From a virus (taxonomy: Duplodnaviria > Caudoviricetes): 33,485 nt of DNA. Within the stretch, counting starts at the first letter, position 1. Each line of letters begins with the position of its first letter. The stretch covers positions 1-33,485 of IMG/VR virus record IMGVR_UViG_3300037483_001022; one strand, given 5' to 3'. Made by a program: the position numbers and the translations under genes. Below, piece by piece: positions 17,574 through 26,249 of the stretch. The notes beneath the pieces were generated by a model. It was not told the origin of the DNA. It ran no database searches and saw only the letters and a program-made list of their open reading frames with translations.

Positions 17574-18572
17574 ATGGGACGCAGGAGATCGACGGAGGCG
17601 AAACAGCCGAAGCGCAAAGCTGTGAAGGTCCGGCTCTGCCAGCGGCTGAACGCCGGGCAGGTGACGGAGCCGTATCGGATCATGGAGTCGGTCATCGACC
17701 AGAAGCGGTCCGACTTGAAAGACGTCAAGGTTGGGATCGCCTGGCACAAAGGCTGGCGTCCGGATTCCGATGGGGTCCGCACGCACGGCAAGTGCGTGAA
17801 GCGGTCCGAGCTCGACCGGGCAATGGACAGCTTTGATTTTATGATTGTCCTCTCGGAGACCTCATGGCAGGCGTTTGATGACGCGGGCAAGGAGCGGCTC
17901 ATCTATCACGAGCTCGAGCACGCCCAGGTCTGTGTGGACAAGAGCGGCGAGCCGATGTTCGACGACAAAGACCGGATCGTGACGCGGATCAAGCGGCACG
18001 ATGTGGCCGATTTCTCGTGCGTGATCGAGCGGTACGGCCTGCCGCCGGCACTGAGGGACATGGCCGAAATGAACGATGCGGAACGGCCCCTGCTGGCCCT
18101 GGCGGAGAAAAAAACTTCCGCCACACCCGACGCGCAGCGGCGCTGCGGGGGGGCCACAGAGGGCACAGAGGAGAAATCAGGGATAGAAGCGATCGTGGTG
18201 AGGTTCACCGGGCTCAAACTCGTTTCCTGTACGATTGATCTGAGGCAGGATTCAAAGGGCTGGTGGTTGGGGTACAGCGTGCGGCTCGGCAATTACACGC
18301 AGGAGTCGCCATTGGCCGAGTGCACCGATCCCTTGCCGACGCAGGCCAAATGTCTCTTGGCGACCAGGGGCTGTATCATCGATTGGCTCGCCTCGCTGCC
18401 GAATAACGGCAAGGCGGATCAGAAGCGGGCATTCGCCGCGAGAGTGGAGAGTATGCGGGAGCAAGTGACGGCTGCCCTCGATGAGAAGATTCGCGGTGGG
18501 GTTGTTTTGGATGATGACGAAGAAGACGCCGATGAAGTGCTGTTCGAAGAGGACGCGGGCCCGGCCGTCTGA
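17574..18572 (+). CDS. Putative phage metallopeptidase with acidic C-terminal extension
   Basis: AAAGGAG RBS; DFMIVLS...LIYHELEH...KRHDVADF. Confidence 0.8.
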   Translation: MGRRRSTEAKQPKRKAVKVRLCQRLNAGQVTEPYRIMESVIDQKRSDLKDVKVGIAWHKGWRPDSDGVRTHGKCVKRSELDRAMDSFDFMIVLSETSWQAFDDAGKERLIYHELEHAQVCVDKSGEPMFDDKDRIVTRIKRHDVADFSCVIERYGLPPALRDMAEMNDAERPLLALAEKKTSATPDAQRRCGGATEGTEEKSGIEAIVVRFTGLKLVSCTIDLRQDSKGWWLGYSVRLGNYTQESPLAECTDPLPTQAKCLLATRGCIIDWLASLPNNGKADQKRAFAARVESMREQVTAALDEKIRGGVVLDDDEEDADEVLFEEDAGPAV

Positions 18573-19074
18573 TATTGCATCGGCCGCTGTCTGTCCCGTG
18601 GTCTACGACACGGACCTCGACCTCGGGTGGACGCTTCGGCGGGTCGATCCGAGCCGATTGCCGTGGGACACGCCGGGCGCATGGTGGGCCGATGTGCTCG
18701 TGACGTTCGAGAGCCAGCTCGGTCCCCGCGAGGACTGGTACGAGATGGGGTTCGTCTTGCCGCCGGGCGATTCGACCCTGTTCGGCCGGCTCAAGAAGAT
18801 CGGGGAGTTGTGCTCGCGGATCGGCGGCGAGCGGGCGGTGGTCTCGCGGATCATGCCGCCGATGGACATCGCGACGATTCGATGGCTCCAGGTCTTCAAC
18901 GCGGCGTTGGTCCGAAACCGTGCCGAGGACCGCAGGGCGATCTTCGGGTCCGACGCGGAGCGGCGCTTCGAAGAGGATCAGCGGTTCGATCCGCAGACAC
19001 ACTTGCCCCTGCGAAGGCAGGGGGCGGCGCAGATGGACGCAGATAACCAACAAGCAACAACGAGAAACGAATGA
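18481..19074 (+). CDS. Hypothetical protein (start uncertain)
   Basis: Fills the gap on the coding strand; GC3-biased. Confidence 0.4.
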   Translation: MRRFAVGLFWMMTKKTPMKCCSKRTRARPSDIASAAVCPVVYDTDLDLGWTLRRVDPSRLPWDTPGAWWADVLVTFESQLGPREDWYEMGFVLPPGDSTLFGRLKKIGELCSRIGGERAVVSRIMPPMDIATIRWLQVFNAALVRNRAEDRRAIFGSDAERRFEEDQRFDPQTHLPLRRQGAAQMDADNQQATTRNE

Positions 19075-19277
19075 CAACCGACAACCGACTACCGGCTACC
19101 GACAACCTGCCTTGCGACAACAGCGGTCAGTATCTGGATATCTGGGGCGACGGCCGGGCGACGAAGACCAAAGAGCGTAAGAGCTTTTTCCGCAGGCTGG
19201 CGGAGAAGAAGGGCTCGCCGCGGATCGACTGGGAGGAAGTGTTGTTCGTTCATAAATCGGAAATCGCAAATTTCTGA
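19071..19277 (+). CDS. Small hypothetical protein
   Basis: ATGA overlap; N-terminus encoded by heptamer repeats. Confidence 0.35.
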   Translation: MTTDNRLPATDNLPCDNSGQYLDIWGDGRATKTKERKSFFRRLAEKKGSPRIDWEEVLFVHKSEIANF

Positions 19278-19289
19278 AAGGAGTTGTCG

Positions 19290-19751
19290 ATGAAGGCACG
19301 GATGCTGTGGTGGTTGGTGGTTGGTTGTGGGTTGATGGTTTCGGTCTGCGGCTGCGTCACGGCGGTGGACCCGGTGACAGGGGAAAAGACCGTGGCGGTG
19401 GACCCGAACTCGCCCATCGTGGCCGGGGGCGAGATGGTGGCCCAGGGGGTTGCGGCGGTGGGCCCTTTCTTCGGGGCGGTGGGGGTCCTGATTGCGGGGA
19501 TCGCGACGGGCGTGCTGGCCGCCTGGCGGAAGATCAAGCCCTCGCTGACCGAAGCGAAGGCCGTGGCGGTGCAGTACCACGCGGCGGCGTCGGCGACGGT
19601 GACCGCTCTGGAATCGTTCAAGGCGACGAACCCGGTGGAGTGGGGCCGGCTCGGGGAGCTGATCTCGGAGCAATTGACGAAGCAGAAGATCCCGCCCCTG
19701 GTGGTCGAGAATGTGATCCGGGCGATCCGCGGCCTGCCGCCGAAGGCGTGA
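19290..19751 (+). CDS. Putative membrane lipoprotein (lysis-accessory candidate)
   Basis: AAAGGAG RBS; signal ending VCGC; second TM segment FFGAVGVLIAGIATGVLAAW. Confidence 0.6.
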   Translation: MKARMLWWLVVGCGLMVSVCGCVTAVDPVTGEKTVAVDPNSPIVAGGEMVAQGVAAVGPFFGAVGVLIAGIATGVLAAWRKIKPSLTEAKAVAVQYHAAASATVTALESFKATNPVEWGRLGELISEQLTKQKIPPLVVENVIRAIRGLPPKA

Positions 19752-19903
19752 CGCGCATGGGGCTCGCGGGCCGGATCGGGCGGGTTCTGGCGTTGCCGCT
19801 GGTGGGGGTTGTCATCCTCGCCGGCTGGGTCTACCGCTGGTGGCGGCCGGGGAACCGCAACGGCTTGCCGTGAAGAATCGCATTTTTCGCTTTGGGCCAA
19901 GGC

Positions 19904-20620
19904 ATGGCAATCATTAGAAAAGCTGTGGGACTAAATCGCCCGGGTCGCAGCGAGGTCGATATCGCCGGTGCCGTCGTGGCGTGGCTTCGGGATCGCGGCT
20001 GGACCGTATACCAGGAAGTGCGGATCGGCTACGCAGGCCGCCGGATCGACATCGTCGCCGAGTTGGATCGACGGCTGTGGGCCGTGGAATGTAAACGGGT
20101 GCACGGGTGGGACGTCGTCGAGCAGGCGATGTATTGGCTCGGCTCCGCGCATTGGGTGAGCGTCGCGACTGCCGGACGGTTGCGGCGGACCGTGCCGCGG
20201 CAACGGTTCCACGAGATGCTCGGTGTCGGCTGGCTTCATGTCGGGCTCGATATCGAGGAGATCGTCGGCCCACGACTAACCCGCACTCTGCGGCACTCAT
20301 TCGGTTTGCGCGATTACCTGACCGAGGCCCAACAGACCGTGGGAACCGCAGGCAGCCAAACCGACTACTATTCGGACTTTCGCGACACGAAGCGTCGCAT
20401 CGTCGAACTGATCCAGCAGCGGCCCGGGATATCGATGAGGGAAATCGTGGACCACGGGGGCGGTTATCATTACGGCTCATCGAGCACGGCAAGGGCATCG
20501 CTGGCGAAATGGATCGGCAAAGGCGTGATCCCCGGCATCGAATCGCGGCGTGACGGTCGGATCACGCGGTACTACCCCATGGCCCAGGCGGACCGGGCCG
20601 GGAGTCTCGAACGAATTTAG
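19904..20620 (+). CDS. PD-(D/E)xK nuclease-fold protein with C-terminal winged-helix-like part
   Basis: SEVDI...VYQEV...IDIVA...AVECK. Confidence 0.7.
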   Translation: MAIIRKAVGLNRPGRSEVDIAGAVVAWLRDRGWTVYQEVRIGYAGRRIDIVAELDRRLWAVECKRVHGWDVVEQAMYWLGSAHWVSVATAGRLRRTVPRQRFHEMLGVGWLHVGLDIEEIVGPRLTRTLRHSFGLRDYLTEAQQTVGTAGSQTDYYSDFRDTKRRIVELIQQRPGISMREIVDHGGGYHYGSSSTARASLAKWIGKGVIPGIESRRDGRITRYYPMAQADRAGSLERI

Positions 20621-20649
20621 CCACAGAGAACCACAGAGGGCACAGAGAA

Positions 20650-20877
20650 ATGATCGCAAAAAAGACGGTGGATTTGGAGAAGCTCGCGGCCCGGATCGCG
20701 AGGCGGCTGTGCACGGACAGCGACGGCCGCCGGGCTGTGCGGCTGGCGATGATGCACAAGGTCCAGGGGGAGCCGGGCGAGAGGGAAGGCGGCGGCCGGT
20801 GTGGGGGCGTCATCCGGGACATCATCATCGAGGAGCTGCTGGCCCAGGCCGAGCGGGTGGGGTTGAAGGTCGAATGA
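20650..20877 (+). CDS. Hypothetical protein
   Basis: Codon bias; ATGA coupling to next gene. Confidence 0.55.
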   Translation: MIAKKTVDLEKLAARIARRLCTDSDGRRAVRLAMMHKVQGEPGEREGGGRCGGVIRDIIIEELLAQAERVGLKVE

Positions 20878-21512
20878 TCAGGAATAGGCGAGGCGGTTGC
20901 ATCTATTTTCGGAGTCGCTTGCGAAAGCGGCCCGAAGGTCCCCAACTGGTCCCGGAATCCTTTTGGACTCGGTTCGGGGCCGATACCGCGATCGTCGATA
21001 CGAACTGGGACCCGCCGCGGGTATCGACCTGGTCGGACGTCGGCGTCGAGAAGCGCCGCCGGCAGGCGGAGCGGGTCGATCGGAAGCGCGGATGTTGGGA
21101 TCAGACCACGATTCGCCCGGTCTGTCTGTGGGTCTTCCATTGTCCCGGCCTCGGCGGCTGTTATGAAGGCTGGTGGACGTACCTCTATTGGCGTGGCGGG
21201 GACAGCGGTAAATATCTGGACCGCGATGAGCAGAGAATCCGGCAGTTGATGGACTTGTTCCCGATGGCCGATGGCACACTGTTCGGGCCGGCGCTCACAC
21301 ACGAGCAGTGGCAGATCCGGTTCGCCAAGGCGTTCTGCTGCCGCAATGCAGACGGCACGCCGCGAAAGCACGCCGGCCGAATCCAGGGCAAGGCGCTGCT
21401 GTGGGCCGAGTTCCACGGCGGCTACCCGTACCGCATTCTCGGCCGGGCGTACACCAACAACCCAAAAACGGGGATGATGGGATCCACAGATTCCGCAGAT
21501 TTTCGCAGATGA
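20874..21512 (+). CDS. Hypothetical protein
   Basis: ATGA overlap; aromatic-rich globular composition. Confidence 0.55.
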   Translation: MIRNRRGGCIYFRSRLRKRPEGPQLVPESFWTRFGADTAIVDTNWDPPRVSTWSDVGVEKRRRQAERVDRKRGCWDQTTIRPVCLWVFHCPGLGGCYEGWWTYLYWRGGDSGKYLDRDEQRIRQLMDLFPMADGTLFGPALTHEQWQIRFAKAFCCRNADGTPRKHAGRIQGKALLWAEFHGGYPYRILGRAYTNNPKTGMMGSTDSADFRR

Positions 21513-21701
21513 GGTACGACGGATGACGGCGGAAAAGAATTTGAGAGTATGTGCCGGCTGTTCTGACTTTTGCCGTGATCTCGGGTTGCCGCGGCATGGG
21601 ACGTGTTTGAACCGGAAATCCGAGCACTATTGCCACGTGATTAGTGACATGCACCAGGCATGTGAACAGTGTTCGAGAAAAGAAGAATAAGGGTGTGTTT
21701 T

Positions 21702-21998
21702 ATGAAATCTGCGAAAATCGGCATAATCTGCGGATTGGCCCTCTTTCTGCTGGCTCCGTTGCTGGTCGGCCAGCCCGCGAGGGTGAACCATCCGCCGGTC
21801 GTGTTCGCGGCCCCGGATGCGTTGCTGCCGTACCTGCCGGCGATCCGGCGTGAGCCGGTGTTCCGTGAGTGGCTGCTGCGGCATCCGACGACGAAACGTC
21901 CGCTGTCGGACTTCATCGAAGACACAAACGAGCCGATGACGGACCGGCAGCGGGCTTGGCAGTTCCGGGAGAAGATCAGGGATCGTCGCGAAAGATAA
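21702..21998 (+). CDS. Hypothetical protein with N-terminal hydrophobic segment
   Basis: MKSAKIGIICGLALFLLAPLLV. Confidence 0.45.
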   Translation: MKSAKIGIICGLALFLLAPLLVGQPARVNHPPVVFAAPDALLPYLPAIRREPVFREWLLRHPTTKRPLSDFIEDTNEPMTDRQRAWQFREKIRDRRER

Positions 21999-22003
21999 GA
22001 AGT

Positions 22004-22471
22004 ATGGACAGAGAAATCAAGTTCCGGGCGTGGGATAGAAATCGCAAAATCATGCTCTACCCGCCGCCTCCAATAGACAGCATGATCATGGCGCGTGAGG
22101 GTTCACCTGGAGGTAAGCACGCCAGAATCCCGAATGGCACGGAGACAAGATCGTTCCCGGCGTACATGACGTGGGATGGCCGGTGCTATATCGACGGCAT
22201 CTACCAGGATCTCAAATGGCTGCAATTCACCGGCCTATGGGATGCGAACGGCAAAGAGATTTGGGAAGGCGACATTGTAATAGCACCCGGCGCCCGGCAG
22301 GCGATGGCTGTGCAGTATCAAGCCCCCAGCTTCATCATGCGAGCCAAGACGGCATCGGGGGGTTGGTCCAAAGCGTGGTCCGAATTCGTTCTATCGCCGA
22401 ACCAAAAACAGTTCCAAGAGGTCATCGGGAATGTCTGCGAGCATCCCGAACTTCTTGGGCATGATACCTGA
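22004..22471 (+). CDS. YopX family protein
   Basis: REIKFRAWD, LQFTGLWDANGKEIWEGDIV, EVIGNVCEHPELL. Confidence 0.92.
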   Translation: MDREIKFRAWDRNRKIMLYPPPPIDSMIMAREGSPGGKHARIPNGTETRSFPAYMTWDGRCYIDGIYQDLKWLQFTGLWDANGKEIWEGDIVIAPGARQAMAVQYQAPSFIMRAKTASGGWSKAWSEFVLSPNQKQFQEVIGNVCEHPELLGHDT

Positions 22472-22499
22472 TATATTTGGAAAGTGAAAGGAGTCACAC

Positions 22500-22967
22500 A
22501 TGAAACGAGCATTTCTGGTTCTGGGCATCGTGGCGGTCGTGGGGCCGCTGGTCATCAAGGGGATCGCGTACGAGCAGGTGTACGTGCCGGCAACGGGCCT
22601 GGACATGAGCAGGATCGCCATCGACCCGGTGACGAACGAGCCGGCCCTGCTGCTAAAGCTCCAGCGCTACGCGGGTCAGCCGGTCACGATTGTCGGCGTG
22701 CTGCGGGATGAGGACAACGAGCCGAACGCGGCGGAGCCGAACTATCCGCCGCAATCGCTGAGCATCTGGCGGGACACGCCTTCCGGCCGGATCGATCTGC
22801 CCTTCGACGCGGCGGGGGCCTACCAGTTCACGGTCACCTACACCGACGGCGGCTGGCACTACGAGCAAGTGGCCTGGACAGATGGGATCGCGACGATGCA
22901 CGGCACAGTGGCGATCCACACCCGCGTGAACCATCGGCCGGTCAACGTCTGCGGCGGCCAGCCGTGA
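22500..22967 (+). CDS. Putative exported beta-rich protein
   Basis: AAAGGAG RBS; signal peptide. Confidence 0.6.
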   Translation: MKRAFLVLGIVAVVGPLVIKGIAYEQVYVPATGLDMSRIAIDPVTNEPALLLKLQRYAGQPVTIVGVLRDEDNEPNAAEPNYPPQSLSIWRDTPSGRIDLPFDAAGAYQFTVTYTDGGWHYEQVAWTDGIATMHGTVAIHTRVNHRPVNVCGGQP

Positions 22968-23350
22968 GTCAGGGCCGTACCGGAAGCCGGGTCATGGAGC
23001 GCGTCGATCATCGAACCGAGGAGATTGTTGCACACCATACGAGCAAGGTCCAAACGAAGATGCGATTGGCCTATGCGGCCCTGTTTACGAGCGGTACGAA
23101 GCGGACCATCCAGGACGACTTCAACCTGACGAAACGCGAGGTGGACGTGGCGTGGCTCGTGATGAAAGGCATGAGCAACACGGAGGTTGCCGATCTGCTA
23201 CGTATCCGCCTGGGCACGGTCCAAGCCTATCTCTGGCACGCCTGCGCCAAGATGGGCGTCCACAACCGGCAGTTGCTCACACTCAAGATGGCTCTCGCCA
23301 GTGGAACGATCCGCGGAATCGAGGTCGAGGAGAAGTTCCACGAGCCGTGA
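22964..23350 (+). CDS. LuxR-type helix-turn-helix regulator
   Basis: LTKREVDVAWLVMKGMSNTEVADLL...TVQAYL...KMGVHNR. Confidence 0.9.
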   Translation: MSQGRTGSRVMERVDHRTEEIVAHHTSKVQTKMRLAYAALFTSGTKRTIQDDFNLTKREVDVAWLVMKGMSNTEVADLLRIRLGTVQAYLWHACAKMGVHNRQLLTLKMALASGTIRGIEVEEKFHEP

Positions 23351-23547
23351 AGATTAAGGGCAACGATCCCGATTGTTACGGCCTGTTCGACGCGGCCCAT
23401 CCGGGCGAGGAGCGTAGGCTCTACATCGCCCTGGCCCGTCAGCCCGCCGGCTGGCGTAAGGCCAGGGCCCGGCGGATCAGGAAGTACCGCCGCCGGGCGG
23501 CCCGGCAAGTGGCGTTGTTTCAGGAATCAGACCGAGGAGCGGCATAA
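23347..23547 (+). CDS. Small basic hypothetical protein
   Basis: GTGA and TAATG coupling on both sides. Confidence 0.45.
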   Translation: MKIKGNDPDCYGLFDAAHPGEERRLYIALARQPAGWRKARARRIRKYRRRAARQVALFQESDRGAA

Positions 23548-24470
23548 TGGCTAAGACGAAGATCCCATGGTGTGACGTGACGATCAATCCGTTCCCCGGC
23601 TGCCGCAAGGTGAGTCCCGGCTGTGAGAACTGCTACGCGGAGGCGATGGCGAAACGGCTAAAAGCGATGGGGCAATCGAAGTACGAAAACGTGGTCAACC
23701 TTGACGGCTGGACGGGCCGCAGCAGTTGTGCCGGCATCAATGTGATGCGAGTGCCGGGCAAGGGCAAGCGGGTGTTCGTCGAGAGCATGGGGGACCTGTT
23801 CTACGAGCGCAACCCGTTCGTCGGAGGCATCGACAGGGTCTACAGTATGATGCTGGATCAGCCCCAGCACACATTCCTGGTCCTCACCAAGCGGCCGGAG
23901 CGGGCCTTGGAATACTACCAGGGCGTAGATCGGGATCAGGAGGAGTGCTATGAGCCGAACCCAATAGCCTATGCCCCGCATATTTGGCTTGGCACTACCT
24001 GCGAGAATCAGGAGTGGGCCGACAAGCGGATTCCGATTCTGATGCAGATCCCGGCGGCGGTGAGATTTGTGAGTCTGGAGCCGCTGCTCGGGCCGGTGAA
24101 CCTGCGAAGGCATATCTGTGGCTGGATGAGGTGTCGCGCCTGCGGGGCATATTTGAAGATGCCAAAGGTGGGATTGCCGCGGTGTGATTGTCCCCGATTC
24201 ATGGGCGGCCGTTTAGGGACCAGATCGTTCTCCGCTCTGGAGGTGCTCGATTGGGTCATCGTGGGCTGCGAGAGCGGCCCGAAGCGGAGAGAGTGTCAGC
24301 AGTACTGGGTTGTGGATGTCGTCAAACAGTGCCACCAGGCGAACGTTCCCGTGTTCGTCAAGCAGATCAGCGATTTCGGCGAGGTGGTCCACGACCCCTC
24401 GCGGATCGGGGCATATCTCGGCGAGCGGGTCGAGGACATTCAGCAATGGCCCAAAGGATTGGAGGTTTGA
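23547..24470 (+). CDS. Gp37/Gp68 (DUF5131) family protein
   Basis: TKIPWCD.T.NP..GC.KVSPGCENCYA, SMGDLF, LTKRPER, FVSLEPLLG, WVIVGCESG, VFVKQ. Confidence 0.93.
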   Translation: MAKTKIPWCDVTINPFPGCRKVSPGCENCYAEAMAKRLKAMGQSKYENVVNLDGWTGRSSCAGINVMRVPGKGKRVFVESMGDLFYERNPFVGGIDRVYSMMLDQPQHTFLVLTKRPERALEYYQGVDRDQEECYEPNPIAYAPHIWLGTTCENQEWADKRIPILMQIPAAVRFVSLEPLLGPVNLRRHICGWMRCRACGAYLKMPKVGLPRCDCPRFMGGRLGTRSFSALEVLDWVIVGCESGPKRRECQQYWVVDVVKQCHQANVPVFVKQISDFGEVVHDPSRIGAYLGERVEDIQQWPKGLEV

Positions 24471-24471
24471 C

Positions 24472-25362
24472 GTGCGGGAGCTGTATCCAAACGGTGGCAA
24501 GGGCGGCCGGTCCGTGGGCGGCCGGTACGTCACGGTGACCAGCGTGGGCAACCTGTCGATCAGCGATGGTCTGCTGAAGGACTGGCCCACCAAGATGGAG
24601 TACGCCAGGATCGAGCGGGACGCCGAGGCCCGGCTGATCTTCCTGGCGCCCGCGGCCGGTGCGGTTCCGGGCTCGCTCAAGATCATGCTGCCGGGCAACG
24701 GCAAGCGGCGGGGCGTTCAGGGCCGGATCGGCACGCAGGCGGGGTTACGGGCATGGGGCTGGGTTCCGCCTACGACGACGATGTACGAGGCGCGATGGGA
24801 GGCGGGTGAGATCGTAGTGGACCTGAATCGGCAGTGGGGCGGTTCGCGGGCTGTGACAGAGGAAACCACGAAGGACGCGAAGAGTACGAAGGAAGCGGAC
24901 CCTGAATCACCAACAACCAACCACCAGCAACCACCTGCTATGCCCAAGCGGACCTGCGAGACCTGCGTACACCGTAACGGCGTGCGGGTCTGCCGCAGTG
25001 AGCGGTCGGCGAAGTTCGGGTTCTACGTCGGTGCCGCGAACGGCTGCGACCAGCACGCGCATCGCCATCCTCCGGCAGAGGCTGTAGCCGGAGAGGCTGT
25101 AGGCTGCAGGGGTAATGGTCAAACGCCAGCAACCAACAACGAACAACCAACCACCGACAACCGGCTACCGACTACCGAAAAAAGCTCCCGCCCGCGAGCG
25201 GACTGTCCCGAGTGCGGTCACAATCTGCCGGTCACCGGCAAGGGGCTGCTCCCACATGATGTCGATGGAGTGGTCTACGCTGGCGGCCGTGGAGACGACA
25301 CCCGCCGATGCCCCGGCAGCAACGCGCAGGTACGCCACAAAGGCGGGGAGGATCGGGATTGA
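24472..25362 (+). CDS. Hypothetical protein with Cys-rich (Zn-binding) segments
   Basis: GGAGGT RBS; CETC and CPECG; heptamer-repeat linkers. Confidence 0.55.
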   Translation: MRELYPNGGKGGRSVGGRYVTVTSVGNLSISDGLLKDWPTKMEYARIERDAEARLIFLAPAAGAVPGSLKIMLPGNGKRRGVQGRIGTQAGLRAWGWVPPTTTMYEARWEAGEIVVDLNRQWGGSRAVTEETTKDAKSTKEADPESPTTNHQQPPAMPKRTCETCVHRNGVRVCRSERSAKFGFYVGAANGCDQHAHRHPPAEAVAGEAVGCRGNGQTPATNNEQPTTDNRLPTTEKSSRPRADCPECGHNLPVTGKGLLPHDVDGVVYAGGRGDDTRRCPGSNAQVRHKGGEDRD

Positions 25363-26249
25363 ATGTGGATCATCCCCCGGCACTCACGGTTCTCAGCCTT
25401 TGCAGCGGGTACGGCGGACTTGAGCTCGGATTGGCCCGAGCACTGGCGAACCCTCTGCGAGTCATTGCAGTGGAGGTCGAAGCCTACGCCCTGGCGAACC
25501 TGGAAGCAAAGGCTGCGGAAGGTCGCTTGGCTGTCGAGGCTCTGTGGCCGGACGTGCGAACCTTCCCGGCGGACCGATTTCGAGGATGCTTTGATTTCAT
25601 CCTTGCAGGCTACCCGTGCCAACCGTTTTCCCTGTCGGGCCGGCGGAAAGGGACACAGGATGTCCGATTCATCTGGCCGGCCATCGCGGGGATTGTTGAT
25701 GCGGTCCGTCCCGAATTTATTTTCCTCGAAAACGTGCCATCTCATCTCAATAAGGGATTTGACGTCGTCGCCGCAAGCCTGGAGGCGATGGACTTCGTCT
25801 TTGCGGTTGGAGTCCTTGGCGCGTATGAAGTGGGCTCTGGCATCGAGCACGGTCACAGGATGTTCGTACTGGGCCAGGCCGCGGGCCGAGGGGGACGCAA
25901 AGTCCTCCGCCTATCAGAGGGATCGCGGCGACCCGGCCCGTCCTCGCCTGACACTGGTGGGACCAGTGAAATTCTGGGCGAGGCCGACGGTGAGCGATTT
26001 CAGGGTGTCGGGGGGCAATCAGTGCCGCCGGTTGGTGAGCGAGGTCTTAGAGTGGCCCCGCAAGGAGTCTTCCAAAATGGGTGGGAGGCGAAGCGTTATG
26101 TTGAACCCGGATTGGGTCGAGCAGTTGATGGGTCTTCCTGCCGGGTGGACCGCCTTCGCCTGCTCGGAAACGGGGTCGTGCCCGCCCAAGCGGAAGAGGC
26201 GTTCCGGATGCTGATGCAAGAGTTTTCACCCACAGAGGGCAGTGAATGA
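25359..26249 (+). CDS. C5-cytosine DNA methyltransferase, large (alpha) chain
   Basis: Motif I LCSGYGG, IV GYPCQPFS, VI FLENV, VIII HGHRMF (degenerate), X RLRLLGNGVVP; motif IX absent. Confidence 0.9.
   Translation: MNVDHPPALTVLSLCSGYGGLELGLARALANPLRVIAVEVEAYALANLEAKAAEGRLAVEALWPDVRTFPADRFRGCFDFILAGYPCQPFSLSGRRKGTQDVRFIWPAIAGIVDAVRPEFIFLENVPSHLNKGFDVVAASLEAMDFVFAVGVLGAYEVGSGIEHGHRMFVLGQAAGRGGRKVLRLSEGSRRPGPSSPDTGGTSEILGEADGERFQGVGGQSVPPVGERGLRVAPQGVFQNGWEAKRYVEPGLGRAVDGSSCRVDRLRLLGNGVVPAQAEEAFRMLMQEFSPTEGSE
25363..26214 (+). CDS. Nested alternative-frame ORF, putative methyltransferase small (beta) chain
   Basis: WARP repeats and motif IX-like LNPDWVEQLMGLPAGWT; true start may lie further downstream. 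Confidence 0.7.
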   Translation: MWIIPRHSRFSAFAAGTADLSSDWPEHWRTLCESLQWRSKPTPWRTWKQRLRKVAWLSRLCGRTCEPSRRTDFEDALISSLQATRANRFPCRAGGKGHRMSDSSGRPSRGLLMRSVPNLFSSKTCHLISIRDLTSSPQAWRRWTSSLRLESLARMKWALASSTVTGCSYWARPRAEGDAKSSAYQRDRGDPARPRLTLVGPVKFWARPTVSDFRVSGGNQCRRLVSEVLEWPRKESSKMGGRRSVMLNPDWVEQLMGLPAGWTAFACSETGSCPPKRKRRSGC

